IMG/VR virus record: IMGVR_UViG_3300012971_000021
Length of the DNA stretch: 64,000 nucleotides
Direction: 5' to 3' (one strand)
Origin: a virus
Shown here: piece by piece, positions 1-8,953 of the stretch
Numbering within the stretch: position 1 is the stretch's first letter
Layout of the letters: the number at the start of each line of letters is the position of its first letter
The notes under the pieces: model-generated
Database searches by the model: none
The model's input: the letters and a program-made list of their open reading frames with translations, nothing else
What the model was told of the DNA's origin: nothing
Made by a program: the position numbers and the translations under genes

Positions 1-384
1 TAGACGTAGCTCTGTGTTGATTTGAGTCAGGTGGGCCTCCAAGAACGGCTCCCACTCAAGCTGCGCTCCCTCCCGCTGGATCTCGGCGTCGGTGACGATG
101 CGCGGGATCTTCCGCGTCCATCCGATGATCGACTGGCGCAGCGCGTGATCGACCCGCCGCACTCTCCTCTTGTCCAACGCGAGATCCTCGGCGGTGGCGT
201 CGTCTATCCGCCGCTTGAGGCTGCCGGCGACGAATACCAGCGCCGCGGCGCGCGAGATCCGGGCAACCTGGCGTTCGGTCAAGCTCTGCTTCGTCGCGTT
301 GCGCGGCAATCGCAATCCGCTGTCGTAGAACCGCTCTAGGTACCCCGAAGCGTCGATTACCAGGTCTTTACTGTTTTCGGACAA
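1..384 (-). CDS. Hypothetical protein, runs off window edge (MSENSKDLVIDASGYLERFYDSG...)
   Basis: Hand-translated; TTG start after GGAGGGAG; open frame to position 1; absent from the ORF track. Confidence 0.7.
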   Translation of the reverse strand, partial: MSENSKDLVIDASGYLERFYDSGLRLPRNATKQSLTERQVARISRAAALVFVAGSLKRRIDDATAEDLALDKRRVRRVDHALRQSIIGWTRKIPRIVTDAEIQREGAQLEWEPFLEAHLTQINTELRL

Positions 385-511
385 TATTCTCCCTCCCTGC
401 AAACGCTCTAAGCCCCCGACAAGCTCCGAGATACCGGGGACAGGTTCCGGATCGGATTCCGGCTATCTTCGCTTGTCGGACATGCAGACAAAGCCGTTCG
501 CTACCTTCGGA

Positions 512-685
512 CTAGGCTACCGGCCGCGCCGTAGGCATCCCGCGGTCGTCTAGGGGATGGCGAACGAACAAGCCGGTAGCTCCGCAAGCTGGGCAAGTCG
601 AGACCTTGATGAACGTCGAGACGTTACATTTCAGGTTGGGGCAAGCCGAGAGCGGTTCGTCCTTGGACTTCTCGTTCAGATGCAT
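512..685 (-). CDS. 57-aa Zn-ribbon-like protein (MHLNEKSKDEPLSACPNLKC...CPACG...)
   Basis: Hand-translated; GGAGGAGAG RBS; overlaps upstream stop; Cx4C and CxxC motifs. Confidence 0.7.
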   Translation of the reverse strand: MHLNEKSKDEPLSACPNLKCNVSTFIKVSTCPACGATGLFVRHPLDDRGMPTARPVA

Positions 686-1101
686 CCTCTCTCCTCCATG
701 TAGGCCATCCAGCGCTCAAGAGACCAGTTCGGGTTCGGGACGACTTGGACTACATCGTAGAGGTAGCCGCATAGCCCCGCAGCGCAGAGGATGGCGTCGG
801 CATGTGTCAGCGAGACGCAGAGGCCAGGGTAGTATTCGGTGTCGCCGTTCGCGATGGCTCGGATGCGGCGCTCGTCTACGCCGCTGTGCTCGGCCAGATA
901 CCTGTACGGGCCGTTCAACTGGCGACCGTTGTTCCACTCGTGCTCCGCTTCCCAGTCGTCTATCCAGCGACGGATGATCGGAGCTAGCTGGTAGAGAGGC
1001 ACGACCTCAGCCTCACCTTGACCCCCATAGTGAGTCTTGAGGACGTGCCTCTCCATCCGTTGCTCGTGGAGACGACGGTTATGCTTCGGAGACCCCGGCA
1101 T
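676..1101 (-). CDS. Putative HTH DNA-binding protein
   Basis: YRYLAEHSGVDERRIRAIANG resembles an XRE-type HTH; start moved to ATG 1101 (GAGGAAGG RBS). Confidence 0.55.
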   Translation of the reverse strand: MPGSPKHNRRLHEQRMERHVLKTHYGGQGEAEVVPLYQLAPIIRRWIDDWEAEHEWNNGRQLNGPYRYLAEHSGVDERRIRAIANGDTEYYPGLCVSLTHADAILCAAGLCGYLYDVVQVVPNPNWSLERWMAYMEERGCI

Positions 1102-2032
1102 CCTTCCTCTCGATCCGGTGGTGCTTGCTCCGGAACTGCCGATTATCTTCCCATGCCCAGGCGAATGGACATTGACCCTCGACAGATTCCCATCCCTGGA
1201 AGGTACAGGTATGGGAGTCGCCCTCCCAGTTGCTGGTGTCATAGTTGGAGTTCGGCGGCGTCTTCTCGCAGCTGATCTTGACGTACGGATCGAGCCACGG
1301 GTAGAGACCGACGAGGATCTCGCGGGCCATCCGCATCACCGTCACGATCTCCCACTGGAACATCGAGCAGCCCCGGTAGGCGTAGACGTTGATGAACTCT
1401 CGCAGTGGATACTCCAGCATGATGTAGTTCGTCGTACCCTCCGGCAAGATGTAGCGGGCGTCTTGGTAGCTGACGTCCGCATCGCAGGCCATGTTGTATG
1501 CCCTGCGACACGCCTCGACCGCGAACACCCAAGCCTCGCGGACGGCATCGTTCTGCGTCCATACGGACTCGGGGATCCGCTGTTCCGGCCCGACGCCGTA
1601 GAAGCTCGCCCTCATCGACTGCTGGTGGAACGCCGCCTTGCGCGTTCTTACCAGCTGATGGGTGCAGGCTCGGCTGACGCCGCTTACCTCGAAGACGATG
1701 ACCTGGGACTCCAGGGCGGTTTGGAGTCCGCCCTGGAGCATTTCCTCCCAGTCCCTCGCGTCCTCATCCGGCCCGTACAGGTCGATGCCGATGGTGGCCC
1801 TTTGCGCCTTGGACAAGACTTGCTTGAACTCGGGGTTCAGACCCTGGACGAGCTTGACGGTGATCCCGTCGTCGCCCACTTGGATGGTGTCATTGTCCGA
1901 CGGCGATAGATGTCCGCCATCCTGCATCGAGTGCCGGTTGAACGCCACATCGCGGAGCAGCGGCGTCTCTTGCCGATCCGTCCAGTTACGAGAACCCTGG
2001 TACGCCTTGGCTGCGCGAGGGGTGAACATCAC
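1079..2032 (-). CDS. thyX: Flavin-dependent thymidylate synthase
   Basis: FEVSGVSRACTHQLVRTRKAAFHQQSMR (RHRx7S-like), ARYILP, FQWEI. Confidence 0.9.
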   Translation of the reverse strand: MMFTPRAAKAYQGSRNWTDRQETPLLRDVAFNRHSMQDGGHLSPSDNDTIQVGDDGITVKLVQGLNPEFKQVLSKAQRATIGIDLYGPDEDARDWEEMLQGGLQTALESQVIVFEVSGVSRACTHQLVRTRKAAFHQQSMRASFYGVGPEQRIPESVWTQNDAVREAWVFAVEACRRAYNMACDADVSYQDARYILPEGTTNYIMLEYPLREFINVYAYRGCSMFQWEIVTVMRMAREILVGLYPWLDPYVKISCEKTPPNSNYDTSNWEGDSHTCTFQGWESVEGQCPFAWAWEDNRQFRSKHHRIERKDAGVSEA

Positions 2033-2433
2033 GCCGCCGCCTTTGCCCGCTCCCTGGCCCGAGCTTCCCGCTGGCGGATCTTGGCCTTGGCCGCGTCCGC
2101 GATGGGCTTCCCTGCCTTGGTGTTCGGGGCGGGGGCCGCTTCCCTCAAGCTCTTGAGGACTCGCACCTTGGTGCGGATCCCTTCCGGCTTCCCGGCGTGC
2201 GGGTGCGACTGCCCGTCAGCTGGGCTACGCACGAGCGTGCCCTTCTTGATGGGCTTGACGTACGCGAACCCGAGCTTGAGGAACGACCCGATCCTGACCT
2301 CGTTCCCATCCTCCAACTCCAGCTGGATGGTCTCGAAGAAGGTGTCCACGATGTTCTTGACCTCGCGGGCCGGCAGCTCAAGCTCAGCTGCCGTGTCACG
2401 AATCAACGAGGTCATCGTTACTGCTCTTGCCAT
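2029..2433 (-). CDS. HU/IHF-family DNA-binding protein
   Basis: LIRDTAAELELPAREVKNIVDTFFETIQLELEDGNEVRIGSFLKL plus beta-arm region. Confidence 0.85.
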   Translation of the reverse strand: MARAVTMTSLIRDTAAELELPAREVKNIVDTFFETIQLELEDGNEVRIGSFLKLGFAYVKPIKKGTLVRSPADGQSHPHAGKPEGIRTKVRVLKSLREAAPAPNTKAGKPIADAAKAKIRQREARARERAKAAA

Positions 2434-2446
2434 TACGCTCCCTCCT

Positions 2447-2779
2447 CTACATCAGTCTGCACATTCGGGCTGTGTTCGGCCAGGGACTCCATCCCCGCGC
2501 CTGGTAGCCTTTCCTTCCGGCGTCTAGCTGTGCCCACACGGGCCAGTGATCTGCTGTTCCCCATCGTCGGTAGTAGCTGCCTCCGTACGCCAGCATGAAG
2601 TTGACGTCCATCTGCAACCCACCCCAGTACGGAGCATTCGGATCTGTCCAACTGCCCTCGTACCGATGTATACACAGCAACCCGTTCGTCACGTAGTCCG
2701 AAGTGGACGACGCTACCGAACCGACCGCCATGGTAAGTGCCACGAAGAACGCGGCAGCGATGGTAGTTACCCTTCTCAC
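2447..2779 (-). CDS. Secreted Rpf-like (resuscitation-promoting factor) transglycosylase
   Basis: Signal peptide; CIHRYEG (catalytic Glu), YWGGLQMD, AQL, GWSPWPNTARMC. Confidence 0.8.
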   Translation of the reverse strand: MRRVTTIAAAFFVALTMAVGSVASSTSDYVTNGLLCIHRYEGSWTDPNAPYWGGLQMDVNFMLAYGGSYYRRWGTADHWPVWAQLDAGRKGYQARGWSPWPNTARMCRLM

Positions 2780-2880
2780 AACCCTCCGTCAGTTGACTAC
2801 ATGGCCTCGTGAGCGCCCTTCCCTTCTCACGGTACACGCGCGCCTCTGAGTTACGGTGGTTGCCGCGCACCCAACTGCTG

Positions 2881-3012
2881 CTACTCGGAATCGTCTGACT
2901 CCTCGGCGTCATCGCCGCTGTCGTCGCTGACCTCGTCGTCGTCCGGCCCGACTTCGGTTGCCTCGTCGGGAGGCGGGCCGACCGGATCGCCCGGGACTGC
3001 CGGTGTCTCCAT
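2881..3012 (-). CDS. 43-aa highly acidic protein
   Basis: Hand-translated METPAVPGDP...DDAEESDDSE; GAAGGAG RBS; 18 D/E, no K/R. Confidence 0.7.
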   Translation of the reverse strand: METPAVPGDPVGPPPDEATEVGPDDDEVSDDSGDDAEESDDSE

Positions 3013-3022
3013 GTCGTCTCCT

Positions 3023-6000
3023 TCATGGTTTGAGTACCCAGATGTCGTTCACGTAGATTTCCCGCGCAGCACGCCATCCGGGCTTGACGCCCCGGACGAG
3101 CAGAACGTCCTCATGGAGCTTGATCTTCCAGAGTATGTTCTTGAACCGGGGGTACTTCCAACGAGTGATCCGGATGCTGAGCAGGTCGGTTCCGTCGTAA
3201 CCCGCTATCAACATCCACTCGTTGAGTTCGGGATGCTTTACCGTCGCCGGGTCTAGCTCCTCGCCCGTCCGGGCGCGGTTGACCTCAAAGATGTCTCGGA
3301 GGTTCCGGTGAACGGGGATGCCGATCCAGATGACCTCTTGATCCTCTCCCCGCTCGTACGGAACGTCGATGGCTTTGAAGGTCGGCTTTGGTAGCCGATT
3401 CCCCAGGCTGTCGTACATCCCGGACTTCAGGCTCCGCACGCAAGACTCGATCATCCTGTCCATCGTCTTGACGCCGAACGGATCCTCGGCGGTCGCGTGA
3501 GCCACAAGCTTGTCGATGGTCTTCGGCCCGATCCCCTTGACTTCGATCAGGTTGGGCCACCTAACGGTTCGGTCTCCGACGCTATCGCGCCACGTGATAA
3601 TCTTCTCGGCCATCGATGGGCCGACACCGTCGATCTGATCGAAGCCCGGACGCAGCGCGCGGTCTCCGTCGCGCTTCCACGTCATGTCGGACTTGCGCAG
3701 ATCGTACGGGAGGATCTTGAACCCGTGAGCGATAGCGTCCCGCAGCATGATGGTGTGCGGGTCGATCTGCGCCTTGGAGATCGCGCTGGCCTTGGCGTTC
3801 GCTCCGCTTCCGCCGCTGCGCCCGTCGGCGCGGTCGAGCATCGCTGCGTAGAAGATCCCAGGGTGATGCTTCTTCCACCACATCGTCCACCAGGCGATGT
3901 AGCCGTACGAGACCGAGTGCGCCGCGTTGAAGGCGTACGAGCCGCTGGTCGTCAGGTCGCCCCAGATCGAGCGCGCCAGTTCCTTCTCGATCTTGGGGTA
4001 GCTCGTCCGCTCGTGAATCGTCCGCGCGCCCTCCCAGAACCGCTCCCACTGCCGGTTGAACTCCGCGTCGCCGAGCTTCCGTGAGATGATCTTACGGATG
4101 TAGGCTGCGTGCGTCCAGTCGAAGTTGCCGATCTCGCGAACAATCTGGAGGATCTGCTCCTGGTAGACGATCTGGTACTGCGTGAACGCGGTTATGCTCT
4201 CCAGCGCAGGGTGACGCAGATGAGGCTGTTTCTCTCCTCGCTTGATGTCAACGTAATCGGCAACTGCTCCATTATGTAGCGGGCCAGGTCGGGCGAGAGC
4301 GGTAACGTGGCAGACCTCGTTGAAATCGTCTGGCTTGACGGATCCGTTGACCATACGACAAGCTCGGCCTTCAAATTGGAATATTCCGACGACATCGTTC
4401 TCCTTGAATCCCTCGACTGTCCTATCGTCCTCAATCGGGATCTCGTAGAGGAACGACGCTGGCTTGCCTAGCATCTGGCACATACGGATGAGCGCGTCGA
4501 GCGCGGATAGCCCGAGCAGGTCGATCTTGAGGACGCCGAGGTACTCAGCGTCGTACTTGTCAATGGCGACGACCTGGATCAGACGTTTGTTGACCTCTCG
4601 CTCCAGGATCGCGGTTACGTCGGTGATCGGCTCGTTGGAGATCGCTACGCCCGCGGCGTGCGTCCCGAAGCCTTTGACGTTTCCCTCTAGCTCAGTCGCG
4701 TCGAGTAGCTTAGGGTGACGCTGGATGACTTCGGCCGCTTGCTCGAACTGCTCGATGGTATCGAGGATCGTCGCACTGGCGCGCAGGTCGCCGGACGACC
4801 GCTCCAAGAGCACGTCCTTGATCAGATTGACTTCGTACTGCGGGATGCGGTGGACGCGCGCTACGTCGTCGAGCGCGAGCTTCGACTTGAACGTCTGAAA
4901 CGTCCCAATCTGGTTGACACACTCTCGTCCGTAGCGCGACACCAGGTAATCAACGATCTCTCCCCGACGGGTGGATTCAAAGTCAAGATCAATGTCCGGG
5001 AGATCCATCCTGGTAATGTCGATGAATCGCTCGAAAACCAGATGGGGGAACTGCATCGGATTGACTTCTGTGATACGCAAAAGCCAACAGACAAGGCTAG
5101 CCGCAGCCGACCCGCGTGCAGGCCCAACTCCAATTCCTGCCTGCTTCGCGAACTGTACAGCGTCAGCGACAATGAGGAAGTAGTCAATGAAGTCTTTCTC
5201 CTCGATGATCGACATTTCGTACCTGAGTCTCTCGGTGTACTGTCGCCGCTCCGCGTAGGAGAGACGGTCACATCCTCGGAACTCCCATCCCTGGCGGAGC
5301 CACTCCCGCCAGATCTCGTGGCTTCTACCTCCCGGATACCGAACCATTGGCAACCGTGGCAGTTCGACAGTACAATCCTGCGCGAGAGCTTCGGTCATGA
5401 GGATCGCGTCGATGGCCTCCTGTCTCGTTAGCCCGGTCGCGACCAACCGCGAGAGAATCGAGCGGTCGCTTGCCGGCGGACAAAGCTCTGCAGTGTAGCC
5501 CCACGTCTTCGCGAGATCCTCCGGGGTAGACTTCCCGCCGTTGCGAAGTGAGTGGATGACTTGCTGCAGTTCGTTCTCCGTCGGCAAGGTGTAATGGCAA
5601 TCTAGGGTCGCGACAAGTGGCACACCCACTTCCCGAGCAATCCGAGCGAGGAGAGGGTTGGCCCTGCGGGTAGTCTCAAGTTCAGGGAACGCCTGGACTT
5701 CGACAAAGTAGCGATCTCCAAATGTCCGACGGAAGCGTTGAGCGACGGCCAGTGCTCGGCCATAGCTAGCATCCTCAGGCGCGATCCCTTTACCTCCAAC
5801 AAGCGAGCAGAACAGTAGTGATCCCTGACATCCAGATAGTACCACGACCCCTTCTTGGTGGTCGCGAAGCATTCCTCCCGATACGGTTGGCTCATAGTAG
5901 AAGCCCTCCATGTACGAGCGGGAGACGAGTTGGAGAAGGTTCCGGTACCCGGTCTCGTCCCGCGCGATGAGAGTGAGGTGGTTCTTGAGCTGCGTCCGGC

Positions 6001-6421
6001 GATCCGGGTCGATCTCGCCCGTGTACAACTCGATGCCGAAGATCGGCTTGACTCCGATCTCGCGAGCCGCTTGCTCGAACTTCACGTGGCTCATTACGTT
6101 CCCGTGTTCCGTGAGCGCCAGCGCTGTACCATTGAGTTCAGAGATCCGTCGAACGTGAGCTTGGGGGAGTTGGAGGCCGTCGAGGAACGAATACGTGCTA
6201 TGGTGATGAAGCGAGACGAACCGCATCGGTCTGGTGAGGCGGGGATTACGATGACTACGCTTGTCCCTCCGAACCAGCGCAGGAGTATCCTCATGGTCGC
6301 AAATCCTTCCGTGTACGTCGAGCTTCGCCTTGCCCGGCGATTCGCCGCGCTGGATCTTGTTCCCGAACGCCGAGAGCTTGGCGTGATCGGGCGACTCGCC
6401 CCTCTGAATCTCGTCAGACAT
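3023..6421 (-). CDS. dnaE: DNA polymerase III alpha subunit (PHP + Pol IIIa core)
   Basis: LHHHSTYSFLDG, ALTEHG, GPARGSAAASLV, RMDLPDIDLDF, HAAGV, LKIDLLGL, YQEQ, YAFNAAHS. Confidence 0.97.
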   Translation of the reverse strand: MSDEIQRGESPDHAKLSAFGNKIQRGESPGKAKLDVHGRICDHEDTPALVRRDKRSHRNPRLTRPMRFVSLHHHSTYSFLDGLQLPQAHVRRISELNGTALALTEHGNVMSHVKFEQAAREIGVKPIFGIELYTGEIDPDRRTQLKNHLTLIARDETGYRNLLQLVSRSYMEGFYYEPTVSGGMLRDHQEGVVVLSGCQGSLLFCSLVGGKGIAPEDASYGRALAVAQRFRRTFGDRYFVEVQAFPELETTRRANPLLARIAREVGVPLVATLDCHYTLPTENELQQVIHSLRNGGKSTPEDLAKTWGYTAELCPPASDRSILSRLVATGLTRQEAIDAILMTEALAQDCTVELPRLPMVRYPGGRSHEIWREWLRQGWEFRGCDRLSYAERRQYTERLRYEMSIIEEKDFIDYFLIVADAVQFAKQAGIGVGPARGSAAASLVCWLLRITEVNPMQFPHLVFERFIDITRMDLPDIDLDFESTRRGEIVDYLVSRYGRECVNQIGTFQTFKSKLALDDVARVHRIPQYEVNLIKDVLLERSSGDLRASATILDTIEQFEQAAEVIQRHPKLLDATELEGNVKGFGTHAAGVAISNEPITDVTAILEREVNKRLIQVVAIDKYDAEYLGVLKIDLLGLSALDALIRMCQMLGKPASFLYEIPIEDDRTVEGFKENDVVGIFQFEGRACRMVNGSVKPDDFNEVCHVTALARPGPLHNGAVADYVDIKRGEKQPHLRHPALESITAFTQYQIVYQEQILQIVREIGNFDWTHAAYIRKIISRKLGDAEFNRQWERFWEGARTIHERTSYPKIEKELARSIWGDLTTSGSYAFNAAHSVSYGYIAWWTMWWKKHHPGIFYAAMLDRADGRSGGSGANAKASAISKAQIDPHTIMLRDAIAHGFKILPYDLRKSDMTWKRDGDRALRPGFDQIDGVGPSMAEKIITWRDSVGDRTVRWPNLIEVKGIGPKTIDKLVAHATAEDPFGVKTMDRMIESCVRSLKSGMYDSLGNRLPKPTFKAIDVPYERGEDQEVIWIGIPVHRNLRDIFEVNRARTGEELDPATVKHPELNEWMLIAGYDGTDLLSIRITRWKYPRFKNILWKIKLHEDVLLVRGVKPGWRAAREIYVNDIWVLKP

Positions 6422-6956
6422 CGCGCCTCCACGGGGTCTCCCAGATTGCCCCTTCGATCCTCTTGACTAGCTGAAGTTGAACGCAGAGGTTCGCCCACTT
6501 GACGCCGACGACCTTCATCCAAGTGATGTCGAACTTCCACTCGTGCCCGTAGCTGCTGTCATAGCCCTGCGAGTAGAACATGTCCTGCCAGCCCTCCTCC
6601 GTCCAGTAGCTCCGATGGTCGGGAGCCTGGTACGCGAGCGGGGCCATCGCGTGCGGGACGGTGATGTAGGCGCAGCCCTCCTCCATCAGCACGCGCTCGA
6701 CTTCGATCAGTTGGAGGCGCACCGCGTCTACGTCCAGGTGCTCAAGGAAGTGGTGCATGTGGACGGCTGCTACCGATCCGTCCGGGTACCGTAGCTCTGG
6801 CGCTCTCCATTCCGGCCGGTCGAGGTTGATCGCGCCGTCGATGGGTGCGAACCCGGAGCCGAGATTGAGTGTCTTCCCCCGAGGCTGCCGCATGAGGGTG
6901 CCTGGGTTCCGCTTGACGCCGAGATAGAAGAAGATTTCCTCATCCACTTTGACCAC
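6414..6956 (-). CDS. SAM-dependent methyltransferase (Methyltransf_11-like)
   Basis: LNLGSG, HHFLEHL, ERVL..EG, ITVP, DHRSYW; start moved to GTG 6956. Confidence 0.8.
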   Translation of the reverse strand: MVKVDEEIFFYLGVKRNPGTLMRQPRGKTLNLGSGFAPIDGAINLDRPEWRAPELRYPDGSVAAVHMHHFLEHLDVDAVRLQLIEVERVLMEEGCAYITVPHAMAPLAYQAPDHRSYWTEEGWQDMFYSQGYDSSYGHEWKFDITWMKVVGVKWANLCVQLQLVKRIEGAIWETPWRRDV

Positions 6957-7215
6957 GCTCGATCTGCTTGACGAGGAACGCCGCGAAGTTGATGACGTCG
7001 AGCGCATCCTCGACCACTGCGTCGTACTCGCCGCGAGAGTATGCGTACTCGATCCGGCGCATACGCTCGTTCAGTTCCCGGATCTTGTCACTGGGCGGAA
7101 ACTCCATCCACAGTTGCCCGCGGATCTGGCTCTTGTCCCGGAACAGCTGCATTGCCCGCTCCAGAACGGCCGCGTGCTCCCCCTCATAATCAAGTGTCTG
7201 CACTACTTCCTTCAT
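6940..7215 (-). CDS. Small all-alpha MazG/DUF1599 (nucleotide-modification-associated)-like protein
   Basis: LFRDKSQIRG...VEDALDVINFAAFL; start at ATG 7215. Confidence 0.6.
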   Translation of the reverse strand: MKEVVQTLDYEGEHAAVLERAMQLFRDKSQIRGQLWMEFPPSDKIRELNERMRRIEYAYSRGEYDAVVEDALDVINFAAFLVKQIERGQSG

Positions 7216-7852
7216 GTTGCTCCCTCCACTTCTTGATGAGGCCGCCGATCCCGGCCGTGATGTCCCAGATGTTGTGGGTGCGCGGGATACTCGCGACGTT
7301 GTACGGATTCGCGATGAGAATGCCGACCGGACGCCCGACCGCGTAGTCAGCGTCGTCACACATCTCAGGCAGGTCGTCGATCACGACGACGATCCGATCC
7401 GGGTTCACGCGCGTGACTAGCTGCGCGTACTTGTCCTCATCGAACAGCATCCCGCCGTCGTACTCGATCTTGTGGCGTCGCAACCATTCGACGGTATCCG
7501 GAACGATGTTGTCGAGCGAGAGGTACGGCCGGGTGGTCGTGACCCATAGCTCGGCGTCGTGCGAGCGGATCTCCGAGACGAGTTCAATCGCCCCGTCGAT
7601 GATTGGCATACTGCGCTTCATCCCGCCTTGCCGGTAGGCGAGCTTGATGGCCCTGAACTCGGGAGGCTCGACTTGGTTGACCTCCCAGAACCATTCCTTG
7701 AACCCGGTCGAGCCGGTGTAGTCATCGCGCAGCCGTCGCCCGACGTACTGCTCCGCGAACCGGATGAAGTGACCGTGGTAGTCGCCTATCGTCCCGTCGA
7801 TGTCGAGCGCGACGACCGGCCGAATGATCTGGCTACAGTTTGAGCAGAGCAT
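7190..7852 (-). CDS. HAD-superfamily 5'(3')-deoxyribonucleotidase-like phosphatase
   Basis: ALDIDGT motif I, VTTR motif II, K, VVIDDLP motif IV. Confidence 0.8.
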   Translation of the reverse strand: MLCSNCSQIIRPVVALDIDGTIGDYHGHFIRFAEQYVGRRLRDDYTGSTGFKEWFWEVNQVEPPEFRAIKLAYRQGGMKRSMPIIDGAIELVSEIRSHDAELWVTTTRPYLSLDNIVPDTVEWLRRHKIEYDGGMLFDEDKYAQLVTRVNPDRIVVVIDDLPEMCDDADYAVGRPVGILIANPYNVASIPRTHNIWDITAGIGGLIKKWREQHEGSSADT

Positions 7853-8642
7853 TCCTCACCGCCTCGTAGGAGTGATGGACAAACGTGTTCTTGTCCCATT
7901 GCCCGAACCGACCGAGCCGGATGATCTCCGGGTTGCAGTCGCAAGTCGTCCAGATCGGCTTCTCGCCGTAGCTGACGGTGTGATGCGGCGGTACCGCTTC
8001 CTTCTCGACGTGGAATGGCACTTGGCCGTCGCGGTACTCCCATGACTCGTAGCGGTTGATGAGCGAGTAGCGGTACCAGTCGAAGCCGATGTAGTCCATC
8101 AAGCCGTCCGGCGTCCACCCGTTGTAGTACATCATGTTGCGCTGCTCTCGGCCGTCCGTCTTCGGCCCATGAACGATGCAGACTCGCTGCGACTTGAACT
8201 CGTGCCGAGAATCGCGGCAGAGCGTCCTGGCGTAGATCGTCGTGAAGGTGACGTCGCTCATCGCGACTAACCCGCGAGCGGACATGGCGCTGACTTCGCA
8301 GGGCACGATCAGATCCTCGTACATCTTCCATAGCTGACGGTACGCCTCGGGCAGACTCCAAGCGAGGATGACGCCCTCCTCAAAGCGATCCCAGCTGACC
8401 GGTGCCTCGGGGTCGCCGTAGACGTTCATGGCGTAGCCCTCGCGCTCGCCGGACTTGATGACGTCGATCTCTAGCTCGTGCTGCTCGGGGCTGACGCCGG
8501 GTACGGGCGCGTGTAGGAACATCGCGCCGTACATCTGACTCGGTACCTTGCGCGAGTAGACCTTGACCTCATGGCCTAGCTCGACCGCGGCGTGCGCCGC
8601 GATCAGACCGGCCGGGCCTGCTCCGAGAATGGCGATCCTCAC
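7833..8642 (-). CDS. FAD-dependent oxidoreductase (compact, UDP-galactopyranose-mutase/PPO-like ends)
   Basis: MRIAILGAGPAGLIAA Rossmann motif; C-terminal RLGRFGQW. Confidence 0.75.
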   Translation of the reverse strand: MRIAILGAGPAGLIAAHAAVELGHEVKVYSRKVPSQMYGAMFLHAPVPGVSPEQHELEIDVIKSGEREGYAMNVYGDPEAPVSWDRFEEGVILAWSLPEAYRQLWKMYEDLIVPCEVSAMSARGLVAMSDVTFTTIYARTLCRDSRHEFKSQRVCIVHGPKTDGREQRNMMYYNGWTPDGLMDYIGFDWYRYSLINRYESWEYRDGQVPFHVEKEAVPPHHTVSYGEKPIWTTCDCNPEIIRLGRFGQWDKNTFVHHSYEAVRNALLKL

Positions 8643-8953
8643 GAGATCACAACCTCCAGCCCGATACCGTTGATCGTGAGGTCTCTCCGCTCGCCGTTCC
8701 GCTCTAGCTGGAACGTGATCGACTGCAACGTTCCAGCGCCGACTTCACCCACAGTGTCCGATACACCCAGGATGTTCCATCCGATGATCTGGACGTTGCG
8801 GGTCGTCGAACGCATGATGGACGCTTCGATGTCTTCCGCGCCGCCGCCAAACAACGAATGCTCATATGCTCCCTCCCGCTCGAAACGGACACGGTCGCCG
8901 CCGGGTGCGTTGGGTGGCCGTACTGCCGGGGTGTAGTCTTCGTCGTCTACCAT
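8639..8953 (-). CDS. Hypothetical protein
   Basis: ORF coupled to neighbours by overlapping start/stop. Confidence 0.65.
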   Translation of the reverse strand: MVDDEDYTPAVRPPNAPGGDRVRFEREGAYEHSLFGGGAEDIEASIMRSTTRNVQIIGWNILGVSDTVGEVGAGTLQSITFQLERNGERRDLTINGIGLEVVIS

